Notes: generated by a model from the letters alone, not told the origin. A DNA stretch of 64,000 bases from a virus (IMGVR_UViG_3300045972_000146:1-64000), one strand, 5' to 3'; positions 19,688-29,071 are shown, numbered from the stretch's first letter. A program made the numbers and translations.

Positions 19688-20938
19688 ATGTCAACACAAT
19701 GGCAAAAATCATGCGTTAAGGCACTTGTAACAAGTCCAACAGCATTCCGGTTATTTAGAGCCGAACAAAGAAATATTAAACTATTAGACCAATATATGAA
19801 TAAGATATGGTCATATAGATACGAAAAGACATTAACGTCTGCTATTCCAATTATTATTGGGGCAGGTAAATCGCCAATAACATTGTTTCTTTTAGAAGTT
19901 AAAAGAGTTTTAGAAGAAACAAAAGGAAAATTTGATTCTGCAAGAGGACATGTAAATTCAATTTACGTAAATGGAGATGATTTTGTCTCATTTATAGAAT
20001 CTAAACGATTTAACAATCTAAGCAGGATTAGGAGTACGTCATATGAAGAATTAATGGGCGTGTATATATCTGACAAAAGAGATAATTACGAACATTATAC
20101 AATAAAAAACAATACTGAATCTAAAAGCATTTTATTAACAATTGTTGATTTAATGAAAAATAGAATCAGTCCCGAAAAAAGACAGGAGGGGGTATATTTT
20201 AGAAGCCTTTATCTAAAAAGCGATACTACATTGATTGATAAATTTATTAGCGAAAATGAAAAACAAATTGATGAAGCCATTAAATTATCAATAAAACAAC
20301 AAAAATCAATAAAACAACATATTAAGAAACAATCCATATTTCAAGGATTAAATGTTGGAATAGAAATTGAATATGATGGTTGTAATTGTCAGGACATGGA
20401 GTCTGATTTGCTTAAATTAAAAGCAGTATCATTTCATTCTGGTTGGGATGGTTCACAAATGAATGGAGACCAAATTGGTAGTAGATTAAGAGAGAATAGA
20501 TTACGTCTTGAATCTCATAAATCATTACCAGCTTTATATTTGTTATTAAAATCAATGATTGATAAAGGATGTACATTAACACAGAATAGTGGAATGCATT
20601 ATCACGTTGATTGTAGATATAAAGATAAATTCAAAAAAGCTGAAAAAACATCAAGTTATCGTGATTTATTTAAAACAACCACAAGTGAAGATTGGAAATG
20701 TATATTCAATATATATGAATTCAGTAAATCTCATTCAACTGATGATTTTTGTGGTCAATTTAAAATTAAATCAGAATTTGAAACAATCGAGTGGAGAATG
20801 GGTAGCCAAACCCTTAACTACAGTAAAATTACCTTGCAAATACTTGTTGCCATTCATATGACAGAGGTGTTTACAAATAACAGTAAACCAAATACTTCTT
20901 ACTTAAAAATGTTAAGTGAGATTTATTCAGAAATTTAG
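19688..20938 (+). CDS. Putative amidoligase (COOH-NH2 ligase family) domain protein
   Basis: VGIEIEY, SGMHYHVD and TIEWR motifs. Confidence 0.7.
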   Translation: MSTQWQKSCVKALVTSPTAFRLFRAEQRNIKLLDQYMNKIWSYRYEKTLTSAIPIIIGAGKSPITLFLLEVKRVLEETKGKFDSARGHVNSIYVNGDDFVSFIESKRFNNLSRIRSTSYEELMGVYISDKRDNYEHYTIKNNTESKSILLTIVDLMKNRISPEKRQEGVYFRSLYLKSDTTLIDKFISENEKQIDEAIKLSIKQQKSIKQHIKKQSIFQGLNVGIEIEYDGCNCQDMESDLLKLKAVSFHSGWDGSQMNGDQIGSRLRENRLRLESHKSLPALYLLLKSMIDKGCTLTQNSGMHYHVDCRYKDKFKKAEKTSSYRDLFKTTTSEDWKCIFNIYEFSKSHSTDDFCGQFKIKSEFETIEWRMGSQTLNYSKITLQILVAIHMTEVFTNNSKPNTSYLKMLSEIYSEI

Positions 20939-21345
20939 TTTAATTAATAGACAAAAAAACCCTAATTTAGATTCAAGAGGGGCAAGATGCGATGACGATT
21001 GCTGCAATAGTGCAATATGTAGCCCGCTGAGCAAAACTATTGTTTTTAAATTAGTTTAAAACAACTATGGTAGGTTGTAGATGATTAGTGGTATAAAATG
21101 GACAAGATTAGACTGTTTTATATGTTATTAGTACCAATAAATAACAACATTAACATTATGCAGAGGGGCGCCTCATTAGTGCATCAAGTTTCTATCTCTA
21201 GCAATTTGTCAAGCAAAGATAGATATAGTTCATTCATGCGCAATTAAATGAATTATAGTCAAATTAATTAAATTAATCCAATATTCACGAAAGGAGGAGC
21301 GAAGCCTATTGTCGGAGTATTGCAAAATCATAGTAATCTATGGGA

Positions 21346-21419
21346 AGTTTATTAGCTCAGTTGGTTAGAGCGTCTGATTGTGGTTCAGAAGGTCGCGGGT
21401 TCGAGCCCCACATAAACTA
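21346..21419 (+). tRNA. tRNA-His(GTG), atypical
   Basis: Cloverleaf: AGTTTAT/ATAAACT, D-arm GCTC/GAGC, anticodon loop TT-GTG-GT, T-loop TTCGAGC. Confidence 0.85.
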
Positions 21420-21456
21420 CAATTTTATTATTATTAACAATTTAATCATTATCAAG

Positions 21457-21816
21457 ATGACAAGATTAACAAAAAACACATTTAAAATGATTACAGGAAT
21501 CTTAATGATATTCTTACTAATGTTTATCATTGGGAATCTTTGGTACGAGCAGGGATTAAAAGAAGGTCGAATAAATGAATCATTTGATCAACTACGCAAG
21601 CCAGATATGTTTGTAAGAAGAAATGTAGAAATACAGCCTTCAAACTACATATTCTATGACAATACGTATGGTCAGGTTATTTCAGTTTACAGTGATTTGA
21701 GAGAAGTAGAGGCAAAGTGCTTAGTTAGATATTTATATCCAAAAGAATGTGAATTAACATTCATTAAGCGAATACCAATACCAATTATTAATCAAGAACT
21801 AACTGATAAGAACTAG
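21457..21816 (+). CDS. Membrane-anchored hypothetical protein
   Basis: True start probably 21457 (ATCAAG-ATG); the longer ORF call overlaps the tRNA. Confidence 0.65.
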   Translation: MTRLTKNTFKMITGILMIFLLMFIIGNLWYEQGLKEGRINESFDQLRKPDMFVRRNVEIQPSNYIFYDNTYGQVISVYSDLREVEAKCLVRYLYPKECELTFIKRIPIPIINQELTDKN

Positions 21817-21935
21817 TATGAGCCAGAGAACTTACAAAGCAGGAAAACAGGAGAATGAATTCAAAAAAGACAAAGGACAATCAAAACCAAAACCTAAAAT
21901 GAATCCATTTAACAAATCTAAAGATCGTATTTGAT

Positions 21936-22397
21936 ATGGAATGGACAAAAGAAACATTATTGAGCACTTGTATTGTTGTAACAAGCAAGAAACAAGGGGA
22001 GAAGGCGTTAAAATTCTATGAATCATTTGGTTTTAAAACACTTTCTATTAACTTAGAGATTGGTCGCTTTATAAGAGTAGCCGCGTATGATGACAGTATT
22101 GTTTCGGTATATCCGAGACAGCACAGAAAAACTATCATTAAGCTCCCGGTCAAGCCTCGTCGTAAATTTCCACGAGAAATGATGGTGTCTAATGACAAAA
22201 AAGAATGGCATAGGCATATTGTTTTTGCGAAAGCAAAGTCAGAGTTTCCATACATATCAAAAGCAAACAATTTTGATGGAGATGAAATATTTCCAATGTA
22301 TTGGGGGTCTAAATACGCAAAAGAAATTGAGCCAAAAGAAACTCCCGACTTCGATTGGGATAAATACGAAAAAGCTACATTAGAAAATCAAATTTAA
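21936..22397 (+). CDS. Hypothetical protein
   Basis: 153 aa; FPREMMVS...W...IVF...W..KYAKEI. Confidence 0.7.
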   Translation: MEWTKETLLSTCIVVTSKKQGEKALKFYESFGFKTLSINLEIGRFIRVAAYDDSIVSVYPRQHRKTIIKLPVKPRRKFPREMMVSNDKKEWHRHIVFAKAKSEFPYISKANNFDGDEIFPMYWGSKYAKEIEPKETPDFDWDKYEKATLENQI

Positions 22398-22544
22398 CTC
22401 ATTGCAATAGCAATTGGTGGAGCTAGTTCTTAACCGAACAGGCCTAATAAAGGGAAATTGCTAGAAATAGTCAATCGAAAGATTTTGAGTAACACACCAA
22501 AAGTACCTTTATTTCATTTAAACATTAATCAATAATAAATAAAA

Positions 22545-23036
22545 ATGAACAAAGCTCAAGAAGAAATTTGTGATGAACTGATACTTCATGCAAATAACAG
22601 AACAGAAGTCTTTAATGTTATGATTACTACATTCAAAGACTTAAATGAACGTAATCTCAGAGAATATATTGCTGATAGATGGAAAGCTAAAATTCCAGGA
22701 AACAGAGTATCACTATCTGGACTGTCTTACAAGGAAAAAGTAACTGTAATTGCAGATTGGTTTGAAAAGAGAGATCTTGGTAAAATAAAGCATATCTATG
22801 CCTATATTAACAAAGGTTTATCTAAAAGTACTCCATATGATTTTTACTTGGAATTACTTGGAGCTAATGCTATAAATGCAGAAAGACGTTCTTTGCAACG
22901 AGGAGAAAAAGTCGAACTATTAGGGTTTGATAAATACCAAATGAGACTGGAAGTTGCAGATCTCAAATGGATAGGATATACATTCGAATTTCTTGTATGG
23001 GATATCAATGCCCGTAAGTACATTGAAATAGAATAA
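22545..23036 (+). CDS. Hypothetical protein immediately upstream of the tmRNA
   Basis: 163-aa ORF. Confidence 0.7.
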   Translation: MNKAQEEICDELILHANNRTEVFNVMITTFKDLNERNLREYIADRWKAKIPGNRVSLSGLSYKEKVTVIADWFEKRDLGKIKHIYAYINKGLSKSTPYDFYLELLGANAINAERRSLQRGEKVELLGFDKYQMRLEVADLKWIGYTFEFLVWDINARKYIEIE

Positions 23037-23040
23037 ACTA

Positions 23041-23335
23041 GTACGGCCCGTTTAGGTCGTTGGATTCGTCAAGGACACGAGGCTAGCATATGCCTCTACC
23101 TCCACCAAAACTACTATGTAATACGTAATGGCAAAATTGATTATGTCACCTATAGAAATATAGTCGTATCGTTGCGGGTTTGAGCCCCGTCATAGTAGCA
23201 AAGAACATAAGGGGGTAAACAGAATTGATCCGGGCAAGATGAAAACGAATAGGACTGTATGTCGCAATAAAAGGCGAAAAAACAATCCAAATCAACAATT
23301 ATGTGGGCTTAATGTCTGCATAATTTAGAATGTAC
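23041..23335 (+). ncRNA. ssrA: Circularly permuted (two-piece) tmRNA
   Basis: The acceptor piece 23041-23107 ends TACCTCC-ACCA and the coding piece starts GGGGGTA at 23211, giving a 7-bp stem with G3.U70. Tag frame 23273-23323 reads GEKTIQINNYVGLMSA*. The 3' end is uncertain. Confidence 0.8.
23112..23198 (+). ncRNA. tRNA-like element inside the tmRNA intervening segment
   Basis: TACTATG/CATAGTA acceptor, T-arm GCGGG-TTTGAGC-CCCGT, CTATA-GAAA-TATAG arm. Confidence 0.6.
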
Positions 23336-23506
23336 CTGTCGGGCACGTGAGCGAAAGCCGCGCGTTGTGTCCAATCGTCACCCGGCAGGGTTTTAAAACA
23401 TGGGTAGTGATACAGGGAAATTCGAGATCTCTCTGAGCGTCTATAGGCTTGGAAGGCCTACTACCCCCAATTATCAAAAATATTTACATTTAAAATCAAT
23501 TTAATT

Positions 23507-23881
23507 ATGTGGTATTACATTATCATTTATCTGATAGTCACATGGCTATCGATTGACCTATCATATCAAGTATATGAATTAGGGTTTATGCATTGGAAGA
23601 AGAAGCGAAAATCGTTATCACTCCCATTAGCTAAGAGTATTTATAGAAAAGAAATGTTATCCTTCACTGGAAATCTATCTCATTTTATACCAATACTAAA
23701 CCTCATTAAATATCTATATAACTTTATATTTTGTGCAACAAATGAATTTGAATATTCTTCAAAGAATGTGTTGTATGATATTAGAGTCAGAAACATAGGT
23801 ATTAATGCTAAAATTCTACAACGCGTATGGAAGCCAAAAAAGAAATCAAAAGTCTTGAAGCAGGAGAAATCTACACCATAA
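23507..23881 (+). CDS. Membrane protein
   Basis: Hydrophobic N-terminus and FIPILN segment. Confidence 0.6.
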   Translation: MWYYIIIYLIVTWLSIDLSYQVYELGFMHWKKKRKSLSLPLAKSIYRKEMLSFTGNLSHFIPILNLIKYLYNFIFCATNEFEYSSKNVLYDIRVRNIGINAKILQRVWKPKKKSKVLKQEKSTP

Positions 23882-24327
23882 CTGGATACGGAAAATCATA
23901 TAATTTGGAATTCCAAAGAATGAGATATGACCAGTACGAGTTTAGAACGAAAGAGGAAGTTTCATATTATTGGTGCAATACAATGGGAGGTAAACGAGGA
24001 GGCGGATTTAGTGGGCATTGGTATTTAATACTTCCATTGTCGGACTTTCAAATGGTTTATCATACAATCAATTGCAAAGATGCGTTAACAATTCATGATT
24101 GGACTGTTGATCAACTTCTTAAGACGCCAAACGACAAGATTGGAAATTCAAACATGGCAATTACTATCAAAATAGCAGAATCAATGATGAAAAAGAATAA
24201 ATTAGCTGAAAATGCTATCAAATTCATGATCAACAAAATCAAAGACGCTGCAATTGAGATAATAGACATGAAACAATTTTCATGGGAACAATTATGTGCA
24301 TTTCAAGCTAATCAACTACCATTTTAA
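23827..24327 (+). CDS. Hypothetical protein
   Basis: 166-aa ORF ending QLPF. Confidence 0.7.
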   Translation: MEAKKEIKSLEAGEIYTITGYGKSYNLEFQRMRYDQYEFRTKEEVSYYWCNTMGGKRGGGFSGHWYLILPLSDFQMVYHTINCKDALTIHDWTVDQLLKTPNDKIGNSNMAITIKIAESMMKKNKLAENAIKFMINKIKDAAIEIIDMKQFSWEQLCAFQANQLPF

Positions 24328-24329
24328 TT

Positions 24330-24881
24330 ATGGACGTGGGATTTATGTCAGACCTTCATTTAGGTCACAAGGCAATAGCATTATTGCGTGGATTCGCAGA
24401 TATTGATGAATATAACGAAGAGGTCATTAGAAGATGGAATTCGGTGGTAACTAAACGATGCTTAATATTTTTACTTGGGGATGCAACAATGGAGAATAAG
24501 AAATATATTCCTTTATTAGCACGCCTCAATGGTAGAATAGTTATGGTTGGAGGTAATCACGAAGATTTTCATGACTTCAAATTAATTAGTCAGTATGTTG
24601 AAGCAATAATGGGGGCAATACAGTATAAAGGATTTATCCTTACCCATATTCCGATACACACACAGGAGGTGTCGAGATTTAGAGGAAATATACATGGACA
24701 TTTACATGAGGATACTATAAAAAAGACTGCAGCGACTTATAATGAGAATTTCAAATCGGAAAGGCCATATACAGTTACAATTGCAGATACTATTGATAAA
24801 AGGTATTTGAATGTATCGTGGGATAGACTTGATGGATATCCTATATCACTCGAAAAGGTAATCAAATATTTTACTAAATAA
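24330..24881 (+). CDS. Calcineurin-like metallophosphoesterase
   Basis: SDLHLGH, LLGD, GNHE, THIP, NIHGHLH, NVSWD. Confidence 0.92.
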   Translation: MDVGFMSDLHLGHKAIALLRGFADIDEYNEEVIRRWNSVVTKRCLIFLLGDATMENKKYIPLLARLNGRIVMVGGNHEDFHDFKLISQYVEAIMGAIQYKGFILTHIPIHTQEVSRFRGNIHGHLHEDTIKKTAATYNENFKSERPYTVTIADTIDKRYLNVSWDRLDGYPISLEKVIKYFTK

Positions 24882-24892
24882 ACAATATCAAA

Positions 24893-25138
24893 ATGCCAAA
24901 AGTAACAAATCGCGCCAGTAGAAAGGACTCAGTTGAGGCCATGAAGGATGTGAGAGCCTTCAAAAAAAGACAATCAAAGCAACTTCGCCAAAGAATGCGC
25001 TGTGTAGGTGAATTTTCTGCAAAGAACAGAATCTACATAATGCAAGCAGAAGCCCGCAGTTTAAGAAGCATTCTATCTCCTAGACAAGAAGTTGAAAGAG
25101 AGAGATTGCGCAAGTTAAATTCTTATACCCCTGAGTAA
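24893..25138 (+). CDS. Small Arg-rich protein
   Basis: 81-aa basic ORF. Confidence 0.6.
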   Translation: MPKVTNRASRKDSVEAMKDVRAFKKRQSKQLRQRMRCVGEFSAKNRIYIMQAEARSLRSILSPRQEVERERLRKLNSYTPE

Positions 25139-25140
25139 TC

Positions 25141-25314
25141 ATGGCAAATAAGAAGATAAAAGTTGTTATTGAGTTCGAAGCGGACCCAAACAGCGAAAAT
25201 GCAATGGGAATGATAGCAGAAATGGATTCTGATATCAGAAGTGGAGAGTTTTTTGAGGAGCCTGATGAAAATTGCGGTATCTCGAATCTCAAAGTTGAAA
25301 TGATAATTAATTAA
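25141..25314 (+). CDS. Small acidic protein (57 aa)
   Basis: MANKKIKVVIEFEADPNSE...; fills the gap in the operon. Confidence 0.5.
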   Translation: MANKKIKVVIEFEADPNSENAMGMIAEMDSDIRSGEFFEEPDENCGISNLKVEMIIN

Positions 25315-25336
25315 ATCTTTAAAACCACTATCAAAG

Positions 25337-25690
25337 ATGGCAAAAGTAAAAACAATCGTAAAAAAGAAAACTCACTCGAACTGGAATGTTCTTAAGGGAG
25401 TTAAAAAAGGTGTGATCAAATTGGGTGTAAATACAATTGGATCAGTGAAAAAACCATTTGATAAGGTCACAAAGGCGGTATCAGAGGCAAAACAAAGAGC
25501 GTTAAGCGTAAGGGAATATCAAGAGGCAAAACTTCTTGAAAGTATGATATTACAAGAAAAGCTTGACAAAAGATCGGAAGAAATTACTGCATATTGCACA
25601 GAACACAAATGTTCTCGTAAAGTTGCAAGAAGCAGAATGAGCAAAGAAAGAAGAGCTGCCAAAAAGGTAGACCTTAAAAAAGTTGCTTAA
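25337..25690 (+). CDS. Lys-rich hypothetical protein
   Basis: 117-aa ORF. Confidence 0.65.
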   Translation: MAKVKTIVKKKTHSNWNVLKGVKKGVIKLGVNTIGSVKKPFDKVTKAVSEAKQRALSVREYQEAKLLESMILQEKLDKRSEEITAYCTEHKCSRKVARSRMSKERRAAKKVDLKKVA

Positions 25691-25904
25691 AATTATGGCA
25701 ATGGCTAGATTTATTAAAATTGGCAATGAGAGAATCAAAGTATCTCAAATTAGTGGATTTACGGATTGCCCGGAAAACCCACATTCAACTCAATCTCGAA
25801 TAGAGATAAAATTTGGAAAGGCCATAAAAAGCTATTGGTTCGAATCGAAAGAGGAGAAAGATAAAACCGTAGGGTATTTGGATAAAATACTTGAAACGGT
25901 ATAA
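25683..25904 (+). CDS. Hypothetical protein
   Basis: FIKIGNERIKVSQI pattern; true start probably at an internal Met. Confidence 0.6.
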   Translation: MLKIMAMARFIKIGNERIKVSQISGFTDCPENPHSTQSRIEIKFGKAIKSYWFESKEEKDKTVGYLDKILETV

Positions 25905-25949
25905 TTAAAAAGAGGGATGCGTCTCTGGATTAGTCCGCAACGCATAAAC

Positions 25950-26024
25950 GGTTCCTTAGCTCAGTTGGATCAGAGCAACAATTTTCTAAGTTGAAGGTCG
26001 AGAGTTCGAATCTCCCAGGAATCA
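25950..26024 (+). tRNA. tRNA-Arg(TCT)
   Basis: GGTTCCT/AGGAATC acceptor, GCTC/GAGC D-arm, loop TT-TCT-AA, T-loop TTCGAAT. Confidence 0.85.
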
Positions 26025-26048
26025 CAATATTAACTAAATATATATCAA

Positions 26049-26387
26049 ATGGAAGAAGTAAAAGAAAATAACATTCAAAAAACAATGACAGTCAATTCGT
26101 TGACTAAAAAAACAAATGCAGAAGCAAAGAAACTACTGAAAGAAGTAGAAAAGATTGCTGCAGAGATAAAACAAATAGAAAGAGAAACCGAGCTGGAAAA
26201 TGATTTGAAAATTAAGAAGCAAATATCAGATCAAAAAACAGATACAGCCTTTCAGATGATGATTTTATCGCATGTAATGGCAGCGACTATCGGAAACGGA
26301 GAATCTTTTTCAACTCCACGGCTATTTTCAGAGAATGATTTAATCGAATATAAAGCAAAAATGCTAGAACTTCTAAAAAGATTATAA
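26049..26387 (+). CDS. Hypothetical coiled-coil protein
   Basis: 112-aa ORF. Confidence 0.65.
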   Translation: MEEVKENNIQKTMTVNSLTKKTNAEAKKLLKEVEKIAAEIKQIERETELENDLKIKKQISDQKTDTAFQMMILSHVMAATIGNGESFSTPRLFSENDLIEYKAKMLELLKRL

Positions 26388-26388
26388 T

Positions 26389-26832
26389 ATGAAATTTATT
26401 TGGAATGACAAAAAGAAAATATACGACATTATTTTTACCCCTAACACTCTATTTAAAGGCCTTGATGGCGACAAACCAAAATTCTGGGTAACCAGACCAT
26501 GGAAAAGAGAAGTAGTAGAGGTTGCGAATCACTTTAAAATGAGAAAAGCATTAGAATCCTTAGGGATACAGGGCTTAGATCATGTTCAGATATTTGCAAT
26601 CTTTAATAGAGTGTTTGGTAAAAATAACTATTGCGAATGTATGAGGAATCAAGCAAGAGCAATACGTAGGAAACACGGGTATTCAATTAATGTTACTAGA
26701 GATTACTTCTTATTTTTAATGAGAGATAATGATATAGAAGTGATTAATTGGGATATTGACGTTGAGGAAAATAAATCAAGGTATTCAATTGAGTATAATG
26801 AATTTATATACAAAAATGTTAGAGTACATTAA
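26389..26832 (+). CDS. Hypothetical protein
   Basis: 147-aa ORF. Confidence 0.65.
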   Translation: MKFIWNDKKKIYDIIFTPNTLFKGLDGDKPKFWVTRPWKREVVEVANHFKMRKALESLGIQGLDHVQIFAIFNRVFGKNNYCECMRNQARAIRRKHGYSINVTRDYFLFLMRDNDIEVINWDIDVEENKSRYSIEYNEFIYKNVRVH

Positions 26833-27030
26833 AAGCTCAATTTTTTAAACTAACAAAAATTACTTATGAACAAAAAACTAAGTTTTGGATTTAGATTTAA
26901 AACTACCTCAACAGTCAATGTTGAAAGAGAAAAGACCTTTCCAATGGTGGTGAAAGTGAAAGGAAATTAAGGGGTATGACTTAGCATTGATCCGCTTTAC
27001 CCCTACTATTAAGCTATAAAAGGCTTATCT

Positions 27031-27585
27031 TTGCATATGAAAAAAACTGATGCAGAATTAATTGGTGAAGCCAAACTTGGCTCACAACGCGCCTTTACAA
27101 TGTTATATAATAAATATCATAGATCTATCTATAATATTATTTATAATATAGTAAAAAATACAGATGTCGCTGACGACTTATTGTCAGAAACTTTTACAAA
27201 AGCATTCTTGAATATCAACAAGTTTACTAGAGATATTTCTTTTGAAATGTGGCTCAAAACTATTGCAAACAATCATTCTATCGATTTTATTCGTGGCGGA
27301 CAAAAGAGAAAAGATGATATTTCAATGGACAATGAGTTATTAGATGAGTTTATTCATACGGATTTTTCAAATCCAGAGAAAGAACTTATCAAAAAAGAGA
27401 GTTTTGAATTACTTGAACAAGGAATAAACGAGCTAAGCCCCAGGGCTCGTGAAGTTTTATCATTACGCTATACAAAAGGTCATTCATATCAGCAAATTGC
27501 GGATATCCTTGGCATGAGTATTGGTACTGTTAAATCTTACATTTCGAAGGCAACAAACAAATTAAAACAAACCCAAAAAAAGTAA
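27031..27585 (+). CDS. ECF-type RNA polymerase sigma factor
   Basis: Region 2: AFTMLY...ADDLLSETFTKAF...FEMWLKTIANNHSIDFIR. Region 4: LSPRAREVLSLRY..GHSYQQIADILGMSIGTVKSYI. Confidence 0.95.
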   Translation: MHMKKTDAELIGEAKLGSQRAFTMLYNKYHRSIYNIIYNIVKNTDVADDLLSETFTKAFLNINKFTRDISFEMWLKTIANNHSIDFIRGGQKRKDDISMDNELLDEFIHTDFSNPEKELIKKESFELLEQGINELSPRAREVLSLRYTKGHSYQQIADILGMSIGTVKSYISKATNKLKQTQKK

Positions 27586-27590
27586 AGAAC

Positions 27591-27974
27591 ATGAAAAGAA
27601 ATCAATTCTTGATAGCAGTTGGCAAGGCCATAGCTATCGCAGCTTTTGCTATTTTTACTGGGGGAATGTTAGGTAAAGCTCAGGAAGATTCTAAATTACT
27701 GGTTCACGTTGACCGGGCAGTTGTAAGCCCAATCATTGTTGAGCAACCAACAGCAAATTTAGATTTAGTTACTTTGTTACCCGACCTTCTAACGAATCAA
27801 CTTATCTCTGTACAAACACCAATCACCCTGAAAAGCGATGTGTTCTATCGGCGGACCTTAAGTTCGATTACAAAGAAGACGACCATCGAGAATCGACGGC
27901 GTGCCCCTATCACTTTCGGACCGACAATCCGGGAGGTCTCTCGAGGCGATGACCTTGAATTAAACACGAGTTAG
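27591..27974 (+). CDS. Secreted or membrane hypothetical protein
   Basis: N-terminal hydrophobic helix. Confidence 0.6.
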   Translation: MKRNQFLIAVGKAIAIAAFAIFTGGMLGKAQEDSKLLVHVDRAVVSPIIVEQPTANLDLVTLLPDLLTNQLISVQTPITLKSDVFYRRTLSSITKKTTIENRRRAPITFGPTIREVSRGDDLELNTS

Positions 27975-28087
27975 CTGAACTTGATCGTGGCGAACAAGAG
28001 AAGTTAACCAAAAACAGGAAATCGTGACAGACAAATTTTCAAATTATTATTTTCAATTATCAAATTTTATCAAAAAAGGAGGTTTTT

Positions 28088-29068
28088 ATGAAAACAACGC
28101 CAACCGAAGAAGTAAAATCGGAGCGGAAACAACCAATTATGACACCAACCGAACTCATGGGAGTTCGAGCAATTTACAAGGAAAAGTTAACTGAAGCAGT
28201 TAAGCTTGGCTACGCCACAAAGGCAGTAGCATTACACAAGCGTATTGATTCGATTGACATTATGTTAGACAGTTTATTGATGGGTGATATGGAAGCAGCA
28301 ATGCCTACAATTCGCATTGATTTAAACATGTTTACCATGCAGGAGCTTAAGAAATTAATGCCCGGTTTCGATCCGACTAAAGTGCTTATGAGTGGTGAAA
28401 ATACAATTGATTTTGGAGTGGTTGAAGACGTAGAATCAGAAGAGGTAGTAGAAGAACAGCACACACCAGTGACTGAGGAAGAAACTGCCGAAATTGGCAT
28501 CGTCGAACAATTAAACGAAGTTCTTAAGAAAAACTTTGTTGCACAAATTCCAGAAGCAATTAAGTTGTTTCGCCAAATCACCGGTAACACAGACCCCGAT
28601 GGTATTGCGTGGATAAAAGTTTCTAATTTGTTGAAAGGTGTTAATCGCCTATTACCTTTATGGTATAACCGATTACGTCATAATTTGCTTGAAGATGGCT
28701 CCATAAAAGCTTTCTGGCAGGTTAAGAAAAACCTTAAGACATGGACCGACATGGATATTGCTATTTTGTTGAAAAACGCTTTGGATGAGTCCATCGAAAG
28801 CATAGAAGACGTTAACACTCTTCTTACAACAAGAGACAAAGTATGCCATATTCTACACCAAGGTCCGGTTAGAATCAAAGAACTTGCTGAATCGCAAGAT
28901 AATATTGACCTTATTAAGTCAATGTTAGGAATTCCGGCTACAGGAAAAGTGAAAGGTGACGACGTAATGAAATGCGTCACGCTGATTACCAACTTGTGTT
29001 CTCCCGAAAAGAGAGCTGAGATTCTCAAACGCAAACCATACGTAGAAAAAGGATATCCAATCGTATAA
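28088..29068 (+). CDS. Hypothetical protein (AGGAGG-led)
   Basis: 326-aa ORF; AAAAGGAGGTTTTT precedes the ATG. Confidence 0.8.
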   Translation: MKTTPTEEVKSERKQPIMTPTELMGVRAIYKEKLTEAVKLGYATKAVALHKRIDSIDIMLDSLLMGDMEAAMPTIRIDLNMFTMQELKKLMPGFDPTKVLMSGENTIDFGVVEDVESEEVVEEQHTPVTEEETAEIGIVEQLNEVLKKNFVAQIPEAIKLFRQITGNTDPDGIAWIKVSNLLKGVNRLLPLWYNRLRHNLLEDGSIKAFWQVKKNLKTWTDMDIAILLKNALDESIESIEDVNTLLTTRDKVCHILHQGPVRIKELAESQDNIDLIKSMLGIPATGKVKGDDVMKCVTLITNLCSPEKRAEILKRKPYVEKGYPIV

Positions 29069-29071
29069 CCT

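Noticed and set aside
21340-21456. N-terminal extension of ORF 21340-21816
   Set aside because: It overlaps tRNA-His; the start at 21457 has the typical leader.
24893-25138. Phage ribosomal protein bS21
   Set aside because: Small and basic, but the ALRRFKR and KPS motifs are not convincingly present.
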